From Marsupella aquatica (Eukaryota > Plantae > Marchantiophyta), in contig OZ316893.1 of the NCBI GenBank assembly GCA_973895155.1, forward strand, positions 23,892,015-23,956,014: a DNA stretch of 64,000 nucleotides. Reading direction: 5' to 3'. Shown piece by piece: positions 63,797-64,000 of this stretch. Position numbers and translations under genes: made by a program. Under the pieces are notes generated by a model, which saw only the letters and a program-made list of their open reading frames with translations, made no database searches and had not been told where the DNA came from. Every line of letters begins with the position of its first letter. The first letter of the stretch is position 1.

Positions 63797-64000
63797 CAAA
63801 CATTCCTTTGTCATCAAAATCCTAAGCCAAAGTGTGATGGTCAATCTGAGCATTACCATCACAAGATCTGAAAGCTCTGCCTGGACTCTTTTTGAGCCAC
63901 AAGATGGTCTCTGATTATTGTCTGGGCTGGTGGCAGAGTTAGAGAATAGCCAACTCTTACTCAAAAGCCTTATTGTAATTGGGTGTTCACTGAACCCAAT

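Overview
Eukaryotic land-plant genomic DNA. It is intron-rich and TE-rich, and the gene and TE style suggests a bryophyte such as a liverwort (inference only). Host genes: one CBS-domain gene (CBSX5-like, + strand, ~7.3-9.3 kb) and two tandem nucleobase-ascorbate transporter (NAT) paralogs on the - strand. The 26.8-29.8 kb copy has 12 coding exons and the 46.0-51.1 kb copy has 14. Mobile DNA: (1) the right part of an apparently intact PIF/Harbinger transposon with DDE transposase, Myb/SANT ORF, TIR and TTA; (2) a decayed Ty1/Copia element with both LTRs, PBS, PPT and an ATAGC TSD; (3) a Mutator-like TIR family present as a 2 kb copy, a 269 bp deletion derivative and an internal fragment; (4) a Copia solo LTR; (5) one long decayed L1-type LINE and three short 5'-truncated non-LTR insertions with long TSDs; (6) several tandem and inverted repeats. 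The most striking object is a 3,837 bp TG...CA element with a perfect 5 bp TSD, nested in the Copia RNase H region. It shows no internal LTR pair and no gag/pol, so it looks like a solo LTR, yet it carries an intact 815-codon ORF. All calls are from visual inspection; no database searches were run.
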